A stretch of 64,000 nt of DNA from an uncultured Bacillota bacterium (GTDB taxonomy: Bacteria > Sysuimicrobiota > Sysuimicrobiia > Sysuimicrobiales > Segetimicrobiaceae): contig CAWDRG010000019.1 of NCBI GenBank assembly GCA_963804645.1, positions 32,001 to 96,000 of the forward strand. The letters are read 5' to 3'. The first letter of the stretch is position 1. The number at the start of each line of letters is the position of its first letter. The notes under the pieces were generated by a model that did no database searches, was not told where the DNA came from, and was given only the letters and a program-made list of their open reading frames with translations. A program made the translations under genes and the position numbers. Shown piece by piece: positions 36,846 through 46,892 of the stretch.

Positions 36846-37496
36846 ATGCATATCGCATTTGGCGCCAAGGTCGTCGACGCGGATGGCAAGGCAGTTGGCA
36901 CGGTTCGCTACGTCGTGCTGAACCCGGACACCCGCCAGGTTGACGGGCTCGTCGTGCACCAGGGGATCGTCCGAAGCCGCGAAGTGGTGGTGCCGATGGC
37001 GAAGGTGGCGGGCACCGATCAACCGATTCGGCTCGCCTTGAAGGCCGCGGATCTCGACAACCTGTCCCTCTTCAACCCAGCGCACATTCGGCGCATGCCG
37101 GATCATTGGGACATGCCCATCGGATTCGACGAGCGCGACCTGTTCATGGTGGGCGGGGCGACCTGGGCGGAAGCGACTCTGCCGTTTGAACAGACTTCCC
37201 ACGCCGTGTCGGGAACACCGCAGTGGGAGAAGGACACGAACAAGGCGGACTACGATGCCCCGGAGCCGGACATCGCGAAGGGCACGCCCGTCTACGACAG
37301 CGCCGGCAAGCGCGTCGGCGATGTCGAGTCGATCGACATCGACCAGGCGTCGCGGAAGATCACGTGGATCGTCGTGCGGAAGGGACTCCTGTTCGGGCGG
37401 GACACGACGATTCCGGCGAGCCTCATCAAGTCGGTCACGGATCGCGTGACGCTCAACGCGCCGGCCGACGCCGCGAAGAAGCTTGAACCGAAGTAA
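36846..37496 (+). CDS. PRC-barrel domain protein (two repeats)
   Basis: GAKVVDADGKAVGTV and GTPVYDSAGKRVGDV repeats. Confidence 0.85.
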   Translation: MHIAFGAKVVDADGKAVGTVRYVVLNPDTRQVDGLVVHQGIVRSREVVVPMAKVAGTDQPIRLALKAADLDNLSLFNPAHIRRMPDHWDMPIGFDERDLFMVGGATWAEATLPFEQTSHAVSGTPQWEKDTNKADYDAPEPDIAKGTPVYDSAGKRVGDVESIDIDQASRKITWIVVRKGLLFGRDTTIPASLIKSVTDRVTLNAPADAAKKLEPK

Positions 37497-37578
37497 GCCT
37501 CCGGTGCGGAGACCGACCCGGGTCGTGATCCGCACGCCGGGCGCGGCACGTGATCACGGACAGCGCAGGGGGCGACCG

Positions 37579-38133
37579 ATGCGTGCTGGGCATCATGGGA
37601 TGAAGACGGCGGCGTGGCTGGGGGCGGTCGTGACGGCCGTGCTGCTCATGTGGTCAGGGCCGGCGGGGGCGGGCGTAACCGTGCACGTGCCCGCGAGCAC
37701 CCACGTCGGTCTTGAGTTCATGACCCCAGTGTACACGGCCACGGCCGTCAATGGAAACACCGTCAACTTTCGGATCGCCGCGGACGTAATCGTCAACCGC
37801 TACGTCGTGATCAAGCAGAGCACCCCGCTGACGGGCACGGTGACCAGTGCGACGGGCCCCGGCAGGTTCGGCCGGCCGGCACGGGTGATGATCGGGTACC
37901 TCAGCGTGAAGGCCGTCGATCGTCGGCCGCTTGCGCTGAACGGGTTCGAGATTTCCCCGCAGCGCACGGGCCGGGCGGGAGCCGCCGGCGCGATGGCGGC
38001 GGGGGCGCTGCTCACCCACAGCGCGTGGGGCCTGCTCGGCGGTGCCTTGGTCAAGGGGAACGATGTGCAGGTGCCGGTGCATTCCGTGATCGGCGTCACC
38101 ACGCAGGCCCCCGCGACGGTCGTGGTCCCGTAA
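37579..38133 (+). CDS. Hypothetical secreted protein
   Basis: Signal peptide-like N-terminus; beta-rich; followed by a strong hairpin. Confidence 0.7.
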   Translation: MRAGHHGMKTAAWLGAVVTAVLLMWSGPAGAGVTVHVPASTHVGLEFMTPVYTATAVNGNTVNFRIAADVIVNRYVVIKQSTPLTGTVTSATGPGRFGRPARVMIGYLSVKAVDRRPLALNGFEISPQRTGRAGAAGAMAAGALLTHSAWGLLGGALVKGNDVQVPVHSVIGVTTQAPATVVVP

Positions 38134-38182
38134 CCGCAGACACCCTCCGCACCGCTCCAGTCAGGTCTCGACCGAGACGAAA

Positions 38183-38216
38183 GCACCGTGGCGCCCCAAC
38201 CGGGGCGCCACGGTGT
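38183..38216. terminator. Hairpin between convergent genes (probable bidirectional terminator)
   Basis: GCACCGTGGCGCCCC-AACC-GGGGCGCCACGGTGT. Confidence 0.75.
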
Positions 38217-38318
38217 TGACTCAGGCCTGCCTCGACGAACGGACCTAGCGCGTCTTCGGCCGATGCGCGTGCGTCATGCTGAGAAGACCGACCGGCCAGC
38301 CAGCAGTGGTGCCGTGCG

Positions 38319-38939
38319 CTAGTGAATCGTGTACTTGGTCAGCGTGACCGACTTGTTCCGCACGTCCGCCGGCCACGCGGCCTCCGGCCCGAACGTGATC
38401 TTCACGATCGTCTTCGCCGCCGGCGAGTACCAGGCGAAGCCCGTGCCGACCTGCTGCTGCGCCGGGGGATTGCCACTCGGCATCGTCAGGACCGAGCACA
38501 GCAGCTCCACCGCGGAGAACGTCCCGGCCGGCACCGTCACCGATTGCACCGGGCCGACGCGCCACACGAAGTCAGCCTTCGTCCCCTTGTCGATCCACCG
38601 TTTGTTGGCGGTGAGGGGCCACTTCAGGAACAGGAAGTTGCCGATCTGCTCGCGCTTGAACATCGCGCCCCACTCCATGTTGGGCCGCACGCCGGCGCCC
38701 ATCCCAGCGATCGTGTAGGACCCGTCGGTTGCGGCGCTCTCGACGGTCATAGCCACCGCGCCGCCCATGGGGCCCTTCCACGTCCACGTGTCACCGTGGT
38801 ACCATGTCGGCGCGGTCAGCGGAAGCTTCGCCATCGCCATGGGCATCGACTGTGCGTTGAGCTGCAGCGGGAGCATGCCCGCTACCAAAACTAATCCGAG
38901 GATCGCTGCGAACGTGCCAAGCTTGAACCTACGAACCAC
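38319..38939 (-). CDS. Hypothetical secreted protein
   Basis: Signal peptide; APTWYHGDTWTW, WPL, SVTVPAGTF and WYSP motifs typical of exported beta proteins. Confidence 0.75.
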   Translation of the reverse strand: MVRRFKLGTFAAILGLVLVAGMLPLQLNAQSMPMAMAKLPLTAPTWYHGDTWTWKGPMGGAVAMTVESAATDGSYTIAGMGAGVRPNMEWGAMFKREQIGNFLFLKWPLTANKRWIDKGTKADFVWRVGPVQSVTVPAGTFSAVELLCSVLTMPSGNPPAQQQVGTGFAWYSPAAKTIVKITFGPEAAWPADVRNKSVTLTKYTIH

Positions 38940-39078
38940 GATATCACCTTCCCCTTCGATTGGTTTGGTGCAAGTTGTGGAACCGCACGTGCCCACAAAA
39001 ATGCCCCGGTCGCAAAAGGCCGGGGCTAGGCCAGTCGACTCGTCTCTCACTAAAACCTTAGCATTCCCCAATGAGGGT

Positions 39079-40509
39079 TGTCAACCGATCGAATCAACTC
39101 ACCTAAAATCTTACTATGAGCCGCATCGTCAAATCACGAAGGATCTTACCGGGCGCGCCGTCCCAGTCTATCGCCCCGGAGGCCCCGGTGACCCCTGCCG
39201 CTCGTCGCGAATACGTCCGCGCCGTTCGCCCACGCTACACGCTTGCGCCGCGCAAACACCGGCGCGCGATCCTGGACGAATTCTGTGCCACGACCGGGTA
39301 CCATCGCAAATACGCGATCACGGTGCTAAACGGCCCGTTGCCCACACCGGCCCCCCCACGCCGTCGGCAGCCCGTCTATGCCGAGCAGACGGTCACCGTG
39401 CTCGCGGCGATTTGGGAGGCCGCGGGATACCCCTGGTCCGCACGGCTCCAGGCGCTGCTGCCGCTCTGGTTGCCCTGGGCCCGCCGTCATTTCACCATCC
39501 CGCGGGCGGTGCTGCGTGCGCTCCCCAAGATGAGTCCCAGTACGATCGACCGGCGCCTGCGCAGTCGGAAGCGCCAGATCCGCCGTCGGCTCTACGGCCG
39601 CACCAAGCCTGGCACGTTGCTCAAGAGCCATATCCCCGTCCGCACCGAGCACTGGGACGTCACGGCCCCCGGCTTCGTGGAAGTCGACTTGGTCTCCCAT
39701 TCCGGCAACTCGGCCGTGGGGGACTTCCTCCAATCGCTCAACCTGACGGACATCCAGACGGGGTGGGTGGAGTCTCGGGCCCTCCTGAGCAAGACGCAGC
39801 GCGGCGTGCAGCGGGCGCTCGCGGAGCTGCGGGCGGCGCTGCCCTTTGCGCTCCGCGGCCTCGATTCCGACAATGGCTCGGAGTTCATCAACACGGTGTT
39901 GTGGGAGTATTGCCGAGGGTCGAAGATCGAGTTCACCCGCAGCCGGCCCTACAAGAAAAACGACAACGCCCACGTGGAGCAGAAAAACTGGACCCACGTG
40001 CGCAAGCTGTTGGGCTGGGACCGCTACGACTCCGCCGAGGCGCTCACGGCGATCAACGACCTCTACCGCCACGAACTGCGCCTGATGATGAACCTCTTTC
40101 AGCCGTCGGTCAAGCTGGTCGGCAAGACGCGGGTCGGCGCCAAGGTCCACCGGACCTACGATCGCGCGCAAACGCCCGTGGATCGGCTCCTCGCCTCCAA
40201 ACAGGGCGATCCGCGACAACTCCGGACCTTAGCGCGCCTGCGGGCCAAGATCGATCCCTTCGCCTTGGGGGCCGCCATCGATCGCAAGCTCGAGCGCATC
40301 TATCAGCTGGCCAACCGGCGTCACAGTCCCCGCGCCAGCACCCCAGAGGCCCGCCCGGTCGACGCGCGGTTCCAGCCGCGCGCGCACCACTGGAACAACG
40401 ACTGGTTGTTTGCCAAGCGACAGGATCGTCGCGCCACCGCCGGTTCCGCGGTAAGAACTTAAATGACCTGACGATACCCTCTCCGGTAAGGTTCTTTAAT
40501 GACTTGACA
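39079..40509 (+). mobile_element. ISNCY-type (integrase-core) insertion sequence; ends approximate
   Basis: TGTCAA...TTGACA termini; tandem repeats CGGTAAG..ATGAC.TGAC at the right end with inverse copies at the left; no TSD found. Confidence 0.65.
39116..40462 (+). CDS. Integrase-core (rve) DDE transposase
   Basis: ILDEFCATTGYHRKYAI, EVDLVSH, DSDNGSEFIN, RSRPYKKNDNAHVEQKN. Confidence 0.92.
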   Translation: MSRIVKSRRILPGAPSQSIAPEAPVTPAARREYVRAVRPRYTLAPRKHRRAILDEFCATTGYHRKYAITVLNGPLPTPAPPRRRQPVYAEQTVTVLAAIWEAAGYPWSARLQALLPLWLPWARRHFTIPRAVLRALPKMSPSTIDRRLRSRKRQIRRRLYGRTKPGTLLKSHIPVRTEHWDVTAPGFVEVDLVSHSGNSAVGDFLQSLNLTDIQTGWVESRALLSKTQRGVQRALAELRAALPFALRGLDSDNGSEFINTVLWEYCRGSKIEFTRSRPYKKNDNAHVEQKNWTHVRKLLGWDRYDSAEALTAINDLYRHELRLMMNLFQPSVKLVGKTRVGAKVHRTYDRAQTPVDRLLASKQGDPRQLRTLARLRAKIDPFALGAAIDRKLERIYQLANRRHSPRASTPEARPVDARFQPRAHHWNNDWLFAKRQDRRATAGSAVRT

Positions 40510-40689
40510 CGCCGATCCGACTCGGCGGCCGGCGCGCGCAAATGTAACGACGCGCCACCGCGGAGCGTGTTCGTCGCGAGCACGCGGTGACCGGGGCGCG
40601 GCAAGGTGCGGCCCCGCACCGCGGGGAAGTTCGTCCGCCGACGTCCGGACGCGATCGCGCTGGTGGCGGCTGAGGGAGGGTTCCGGGGA

Positions 40690-41424
40690 ATGGTGACCAT
40701 CGAGACTCTGATCGTGGCCAGCGTGCTCGCCGCGACCTATCTCGGGGCCGCGCGGGTGACGGTGGTCCGGGGAGGGTTTGCCCGTCGATGGCTGTCGGCC
40801 GCCGCCGGCGTCTCTGTCGCCTACGTGTTCATGGACATCCTCCCGGAGCTTGAAACACAGCACCAGCTTTACGTCGCGGCGATTGGGGAGAACGCGTTTT
40901 TCACGGAGCAGCGGATCTATATTGCCGCGCTCATCGGGTTCGTGCTGTTCTATGGATTCGATCGCTTTCTCTTCCGGCGTGCGGCCGGTGGGGACACGCC
41001 CGCCGAGCACAACGCGACCGATGCGGCCTTTTGGGTGCACGTCGGCGGCTACGCGGTGTACAGCTGGTTGATCGGGTACCTCCTGATCGAACGAGCGGAC
41101 TTGGGCGCGCGGGTGCTTGCGCTGTACGGCATCGCCATGATGCTCCACCTGACCTTGGTCAGCCACACGCTCGTCCGGCGTCACGGCCAGGCGTATACGC
41201 GGGTCGGTGCATGGATCCTGGCGGCGAGCATTCTCGCGGGGTGGGCGACCGGTGTGATGATCGAGATGCCCGTCGTTGTGATCGCGCGAGTGTTCGCGTT
41301 CGTGGCCGGCGGGATTGTGATGACCAGCATGAACGAGGAGCTCCCGGCCGGACAGGACGGAAATTTCTGGTGGTTCTCCGGGGGCGCGGCGGTCTACGCG
41401 TTCATTCTCCTCGCGACTCACTGA
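40690..41424 (+). CDS. Multi-pass membrane protein (ZIP-like)
   Basis: SAAAGVSVAYVFMDILPEL, AFVAGGI...NEELP; about 7-8 TM segments. Confidence 0.75.
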   Translation: MVTIETLIVASVLAATYLGAARVTVVRGGFARRWLSAAAGVSVAYVFMDILPELETQHQLYVAAIGENAFFTEQRIYIAALIGFVLFYGFDRFLFRRAAGGDTPAEHNATDAAFWVHVGGYAVYSWLIGYLLIERADLGARVLALYGIAMMLHLTLVSHTLVRRHGQAYTRVGAWILAASILAGWATGVMIEMPVVVIARVFAFVAGGIVMTSMNEELPAGQDGNFWWFSGGAAVYAFILLATH

Positions 41425-41529
41425 CGGCGAGACGGCGCTCCGCGCAGCCATGCCAGTCGTTCGCGCGGTATCCTGAATGAGGGGGGATGTGTCCGGCGCC
41501 GAGCTGCCGGTGCCCCCGTACAGCGCCGG

Positions 41530-42531
41530 TCAGAACTTGCTCAAGAGGAGGCGCACGGCGACGGCCGTCAGGATGCTGGTCCCGATGGCCACCATCCGCG
41601 CCATGACCGCCTCGCCCACCGGCCACCTCTGAATCGTCGCGACGTGCTGCTCCAGTGCTTTGGCCGCGTTGATGCGTCCGATCTGCGCCGTGAGGGCGTC
41701 CAGCGACCACTCGGCCTCGACGGGGGCGAACGCCTCGCCGTGGAGCCGTCGGACGTGGACGAGATACCGCCGCCTCGCGGCGATGAGCTGCTCGTGAAGC
41801 CGGTATAGGGAGAGGAAGAACGCCGCAATCCCCACGGCGAAGTGCCCCAAGACATAAATGGTGGACTGCCGGTCATGGGCGGTCGCGAGGGCGAAGGGAA
41901 CGAGTGCCACGACGAACAGCGTGAACGCCGCGGAGGCCAACTGCCCCAGCGGAGCCAGGCCCAGGCTCCGATCTTGGTGAAACGCTCGGAGCCGCAACGG
42001 TTGCCGTCCGAGACGGTCCAGCCCGAGAAACAGCGTCACGATCGCCCACATCGCACAGTTGCTCGGCAGCCATCCGACGGCGAGGAGCAGGGTGACGGCG
42101 ATGGCGCCCGGCGTGGGATGGCGCAGGAGGTCGTAGCTCCAGACCGACGCGGTCAGCGGACAGAGGAGCAGCGGGCCGATCGTGCTGTTCATCAGACGAA
42201 ACGGATGCGTCCTGGGGTCCGTCGCACGCGCGCCGACCAGTTCGTCGATGAGCGGCTGCAGCGCGTTCACGCGCCGCGCGAGCAGCCGCACCCCCCACAG
42301 CGAGAGGATGTTCACGTACGCGGACCCGAGCGAGAACGCCATGCCGGGGTACGCGGGGACGTGGTACACGCGGTGCGCGAGTTCGTACGTGATCAGCGTG
42401 AGACTTCCCCAGAGGACGACCCACAACGCCCACGGCGGGCCGAGCTTCGCGAGGACGCGCTCGGACAGGGGGGCGATCATGCCGGCTGCGGCACGATCGT
42501 CGAGGGGGGTGTTCACGACGCCGACGGCCAT
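41530..42531 (-). CDS. Hypothetical multi-pass membrane protein
   Basis: About 7 hydrophobic segments; DRSLGLAPLG and terminal WP motifs. Confidence 0.7.
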   Translation of the reverse strand: MAVGVVNTPLDDRAAAGMIAPLSERVLAKLGPPWALWVVLWGSLTLITYELAHRVYHVPAYPGMAFSLGSAYVNILSLWGVRLLARRVNALQPLIDELVGARATDPRTHPFRLMNSTIGPLLLCPLTASVWSYDLLRHPTPGAIAVTLLLAVGWLPSNCAMWAIVTLFLGLDRLGRQPLRLRAFHQDRSLGLAPLGQLASAAFTLFVVALVPFALATAHDRQSTIYVLGHFAVGIAAFFLSLYRLHEQLIAARRRYLVHVRRLHGEAFAPVEAEWSLDALTAQIGRINAAKALEQHVATIQRWPVGEAVMARMVAIGTSILTAVAVRLLLSKF

Positions 42532-42671
42532 GGGTGCTCGACGGCACTAGTACGGGGAGCGGAGGGACGGTCCCTGCTGCGCCGGACGCGCCTTCGCGCA
42601 GGGCGGCGCACGGTCCCGGCGAAGACACCCGGCGTACGGGCGGGTTCGGTGGGCCGCGGAGGAGGCGCATC

Positions 42672-43859
42672 GTGTACGATCTGGTGTTGACGGGCGGCAC
42701 CCTCGTCGATCCGGCGCAGGCCGTCCGGGCCGTCCGGGATGTCGCATTCGCCGCCGGGCGCGTGGCGGCGGTCGGGACCGGGCTCGCCGCGGCCGGCGCC
42801 GCGGAGGCGATCGACTGCAGCGGGCGCATCGTGGCCCCGGGCATGATCGACCTGCACGTGCACGTGTTCTGGGGGGTGACGTATCTCGGGATCGAAGCCG
42901 ACCCGAACTGCATCGCGAGGGGCGTGACGACGGCCGTCGACGCCGGGTCGGCCGGGGCCGACACCTTCCCAGGGTTCCGCAAGTACGTCATCGATGTGGC
43001 GGCCACGCGGCTGTTCGCGCAGCTCAACATCTCGTCGCAGGGCATGATGAACAGCCAGATCGGCGAGCTGGACGAGCTGCGGTACGCGAACGTGCCGCGC
43101 GCGGTGGCGATGATCGAGCGGCACCGGGACGTGATTCTCGGCGTCAAGGTGCGGCTGACCCGGAACAGCATCGTCGGCCGCGCCGCCGGCATCCGGCCGC
43201 TGTACCTGGCGCGCGAGGCGTCGGACGCGGTCGGGCTGCCGATCATGGTCCACCCGCAGGACGCGTGGTGCGCGTCGCTGGACGACATCCTCGCGGTGAT
43301 GCGCGGCGGCGACATTCTCACGCACTGCTTCCACGGGCTGTCGCACGGGATTCTGGACGCGGACGGCCGCGTGCGTTCCTCGGTCCGCGCGGCGATGGAG
43401 CGCGGGGTCATCTTTGACGTGGGGCACGGGGCGGGCAGTTTCAGCTGGCAGGTGGCCGAGCGGACGCTCAAGCAGGGCGTCGAGCCGCAGACGATCTCAA
43501 GCGACCTCCACGCCCAGAACGTGCACGGCCCGGTGTACGACTTGGCGACGACCGTGACCAAGTTTCTCCACCTCGGCCTTCCGCTCGAGACGGCACTCCA
43601 CAAAGTCACCGCCACGCCGGCGCAGGTCATCCGGATGGCGGACGAGATCGGGACGCTGCGGGTGGGCGCCTGGGGCGACGCGGTGGTGTTCGATTTCGAG
43701 GAGGGGCCCGTTACTCTCACGGATTCGCACGGCGAGACGCGGGTGGGGCGCCAGCGGCTCGTACCACGCACGGTCGTGCGCGCGGGCCGTGTGTATCGGG
43801 AGCCGGGCGGGCCGAGCGCGTCGCACGTGCACCAGCACGGCCACCATCATCACGGATAA
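42672..43859 (+). CDS. Dihydroorotase-like amidohydrolase/deacetylase
   Basis: PGMIDLHVH, GVTTAVDAGSAG, DVGHGAGSF, ISSDLH; His-rich tail. Confidence 0.9.
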   Translation: MYDLVLTGGTLVDPAQAVRAVRDVAFAAGRVAAVGTGLAAAGAAEAIDCSGRIVAPGMIDLHVHVFWGVTYLGIEADPNCIARGVTTAVDAGSAGADTFPGFRKYVIDVAATRLFAQLNISSQGMMNSQIGELDELRYANVPRAVAMIERHRDVILGVKVRLTRNSIVGRAAGIRPLYLAREASDAVGLPIMVHPQDAWCASLDDILAVMRGGDILTHCFHGLSHGILDADGRVRSSVRAAMERGVIFDVGHGAGSFSWQVAERTLKQGVEPQTISSDLHAQNVHGPVYDLATTVTKFLHLGLPLETALHKVTATPAQVIRMADEIGTLRVGAWGDAVVFDFEEGPVTLTDSHGETRVGRQRLVPRTVVRAGRVYREPGGPSASHVHQHGHHHHG

Positions 43860-43968
43860 GGCGGCGGCCTGGGACGCGGAGTCGCCTCCGGTCCGTCGAC
43901 CGGATCGAGGCGGGTGATTTCGCGCGGGGCCGTGGGTACCGCGGTACGCATCCTCGGGAGGTGAGGCG

Positions 43969-44559
43969 ATGCACCCGACACTGCATCCGGACATGGAGCG
44001 GTTCGTCGACGACGTGGCGGCGATCGTGCGCCGGGGCGGAGGCGAAGAGGTCGTCACCGCGAGCGTGGCCGAGCGCCTCGAGACGCTCCTCGGGTCGGCC
44101 GGCGTCCTCGATCCCCGATGCACCACCCCGCATGTCGATAACTACGTCCTCTATCCGGTGTGGGTGGCCCCCGACGGCGGCTTCTCGGTCGCGGCCGCCG
44201 TGTGGAACGTCGGGCAAGTCACGCCCATTCACGACCACGGCACCTGGGGGGTCATCGGGATCTACCGCGGGGTCGAGCACGAGGTCCGCTACGAACTCCA
44301 GCGCGGCCCAGCGGGGCATGCGCTCCGCCAACTGTCGGAGCGGGATATCCGTGCGGGCCACGTGATCGTGTGCTGCACCTCGGATCACGACATTCACCGC
44401 GTGAGCTGCGGGTCGCCTGTGCCGTGCGTCGGCATCCACGTGTACGGCGCGGACATCGGGACGCTGCCGCGCCATGTCTACGATCCGGCGACCGGGCAGA
44501 TGCGGACGTTCGTGTCGGCCTGGACTCCACTCGACGCGCCGCCGCCGGGCGGCGAGTAG
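43969..44559 (+). CDS. Thiol (cysteine/3-mercaptopropionate) dioxygenase family protein
   Basis: GQVTPIHDHGTWG, DIHRV, IHVYGADIG; GGAGG RBS. Confidence 0.85.
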   Translation: MHPTLHPDMERFVDDVAAIVRRGGGEEVVTASVAERLETLLGSAGVLDPRCTTPHVDNYVLYPVWVAPDGGFSVAAAVWNVGQVTPIHDHGTWGVIGIYRGVEHEVRYELQRGPAGHALRQLSERDIRAGHVIVCCTSDHDIHRVSCGSPVPCVGIHVYGADIGTLPRHVYDPATGQMRTFVSAWTPLDAPPPGGE

Positions 44560-44723
44560 CGCATCTCGGTTCGCGCGCGCAGCGTCCCGATCTGCGCCCG
44601 CGCGGCCCCGCGTTGTCTCGAGGTGCCTCCGAGCGGAGGGATGGGTTCCGCCGCCGCGAACTGACTGGGGCAGGACCGCCGCCGTCCGCGGCGTGCGGAG
44701 GTCACAGGGTTGGTGATCGGGCC

Positions 44724-45866
44724 ATGATCCCATTCGACCGAGAGCGGTTCGAGCGCGCCGCGCGGAAGCGCGGCATCGACGTCGTGCTGGCGACCAGCCG
44801 CCACAACGTCGCGTATCTTACCGGCGGCTATTACAACATGTTTTTCGCCCGCGACCAGCGCTTCGGGGCCGGCCAGTACCTGTCGGCGGTGGCCGTGCCG
44901 GCGGCCCGCATCGAAGGGGCGTTCTACATTGGCCGGGACAGCGAGCGGGACTTTCTCGCCGCGTTCGGACCGCTGTGGATCACCGACGTGCAGTCGGCCC
45001 CCCGCCGCCCGAACATGACGGTCGAAGTCGCGGCGAAAGCCGCCGAGCTGCTGCGCGCCCGGGGACTGGGAGCCGGGACGATCGCGGTGGAGCTGCCGTT
45101 CCTGCCCGCCGACGCGTTTGCCGTGCTCCGCGGCGAGCTGCCCGGCGCGACGTTCGTCGACGCGACACCTGCGCTCTCCGACGTGCGCGCGGTCAAGCGG
45201 CCGGGTGAGCTGGAGCGGCTCGAGCTGGCGCACCGCCGGGTTGCCGACGCCATTCACGCGACGTTTGCGGCGGGCCGGCCGGACGACACGCTGCGGGACC
45301 TGGCCGCCGCCGTCGAGCGCGGCGTCGAGGAGCGCGGGGCGGAGTACCTGTACGCCCTGACGAACGTCGGCCCCGGTCTGGCGCGGGCGGCGACCTCGGA
45401 ACGCTGGGGGCGCGGCCGTCCGCTGCACATCGATGCGGGTGCCGAGGTCGACGGCTATCGCGCCGACGTCGCGCGCATGGGATCGATCGGCGCCGCGCCC
45501 GCCCGCGCGCTTGAGATGTTCGAGGCGTGCGTCCGCGCCCAGGCCGGGATTCGCGGGCGCGTCGGGCCCGGCGTGGCGTGCCGCGACCTGTGGCGGATCG
45601 GCACCGACGCGATGGCCGCCGGACCGTTTGGGCGGTTTGGGAAGTTCCAGGCCCACGGCATCGGTCTGGTGAGCCACGAAGTGCCCGCGGTGACGCCGGA
45701 GAGCGACGCGGTGCTGGAACCGGGCATGGTCGTGTCGGTCGAGACCGATTACCTCGATCCCGAGATCGGGCACATCAAGCTGGAGGACTCCGTCGTCGTC
45801 AGCGGCGCGGGATGCGAAGGGCTCGGAGACGTACACCGCGGGTGGTCCACGGTCGCCGGCGCGTAG
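44724..45866 (+). CDS. M24 (Xaa-Pro peptidase/creatinase-like) family protein
   Basis: RAVKRPGE, IDAG..GYRADVAR, HGIGL..HE, GMVVSVE, IKLED. Confidence 0.85.
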   Translation: MIPFDRERFERAARKRGIDVVLATSRHNVAYLTGGYYNMFFARDQRFGAGQYLSAVAVPAARIEGAFYIGRDSERDFLAAFGPLWITDVQSAPRRPNMTVEVAAKAAELLRARGLGAGTIAVELPFLPADAFAVLRGELPGATFVDATPALSDVRAVKRPGELERLELAHRRVADAIHATFAAGRPDDTLRDLAAAVERGVEERGAEYLYALTNVGPGLARAATSERWGRGRPLHIDAGAEVDGYRADVARMGSIGAAPARALEMFEACVRAQAGIRGRVGPGVACRDLWRIGTDAMAAGPFGRFGKFQAHGIGLVSHEVPAVTPESDAVLEPGMVVSVETDYLDPEIGHIKLEDSVVVSGAGCEGLGDVHRGWSTVAGA

Positions 45867-46015
45867 CGGCGGCATCCGTCCGGCACGTCCTCACGTCTAT
45901 CGGCTCCCCCGATGGTGCATAACGCGGCGAGAGGGGCTCCATCTCGTCCCCGGCGATCGTTTCTCGGCCGCACATCGCGGACGCGTGGGCGGTTGCGCAG
46001 GAAAGGAGGAGCGCC

Positions 46016-46831
46016 GTGCGGCCGGTCGCTGCTGCCGTCGCGCTCGGATTCATCATCCTGACCACCGGCATCGCCCGAGGGCAGGTTCCCGCCGCGGGCG
46101 CGGAGGGGATGTCGGTGACCGACGTCCCGCTTGCGAACGGGGCCGTCGACCGCACGCTCCTGCTGATGCCGTCCGGGCCGCCGCGCGCGGTCCTGGTGAT
46201 GTTTTCCGGCGGCGACGGGGTGCTCCACATCGACCCGACCGGTGCCATCGGCATCTCCGGCAACTTCCTCGTGCGCACGCGCGACCTGTGGGTCCAGCAG
46301 GGGTTCGCCGTGGCCATTCCCGACGCGCCGAGCGATGCTGCGGCGGGCCTCCAGGGGCGCCGCCTCAACCGAGGCTACGCCGACGTGATCGCGCGCGTTG
46401 TGGCCTTTGTCCACGCCGAGACGCAGATGCCCGTGTGGCTCGTTGGCACCAGCGCGGGGACGCCCGCGGCGGCGTTCGGTGCCGCGATGCTCCCGCATGA
46501 CGCGGTGGCGGGTCTGGTGCTGACCTCAAGCGTGAGCCGCGCCGTCCCCGACTCGCCGGAGACGGTCTTTCAGGCAAACCTGAAGGTCATTACCGCGCCC
46601 ACGCTCATCCTGTCGAACACCCACGACGAGTGCAAGTCCACGCCTCCCTCCGACGGCCCCCGGATCAAGGCGGCACTCGGCCGCGCCACGCCGGTCGAGT
46701 TTCAGACCGTGGCGGGCGGGACGCTTTCCGAGTCCACCGATCCGTGCGATTCGTACGCGTACCACGGGTTTTACGGGATTGAGCCGCAGGTGGTGCAGAA
46801 GATCTCGGACTGGATCCTCCGGCATTCCTGA
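46016..46831 (+). CDS. Secreted alpha/beta hydrolase
   Basis: Signal peptide, GNFLVR, VGTSAGT nucleophile elbow, HGFYG. Confidence 0.85.
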   Translation: MRPVAAAVALGFIILTTGIARGQVPAAGAEGMSVTDVPLANGAVDRTLLLMPSGPPRAVLVMFSGGDGVLHIDPTGAIGISGNFLVRTRDLWVQQGFAVAIPDAPSDAAAGLQGRRLNRGYADVIARVVAFVHAETQMPVWLVGTSAGTPAAAFGAAMLPHDAVAGLVLTSSVSRAVPDSPETVFQANLKVITAPTLILSNTHDECKSTPPSDGPRIKAALGRATPVEFQTVAGGTLSESTDPCDSYAYHGFYGIEPQVVQKISDWILRHS

Positions 46832-46892
46832 CGCGTTCGGCCGGGGGACGATCGACCGAACCAGCGACGCCCGGACCGGCGCGCGGCCCGGG

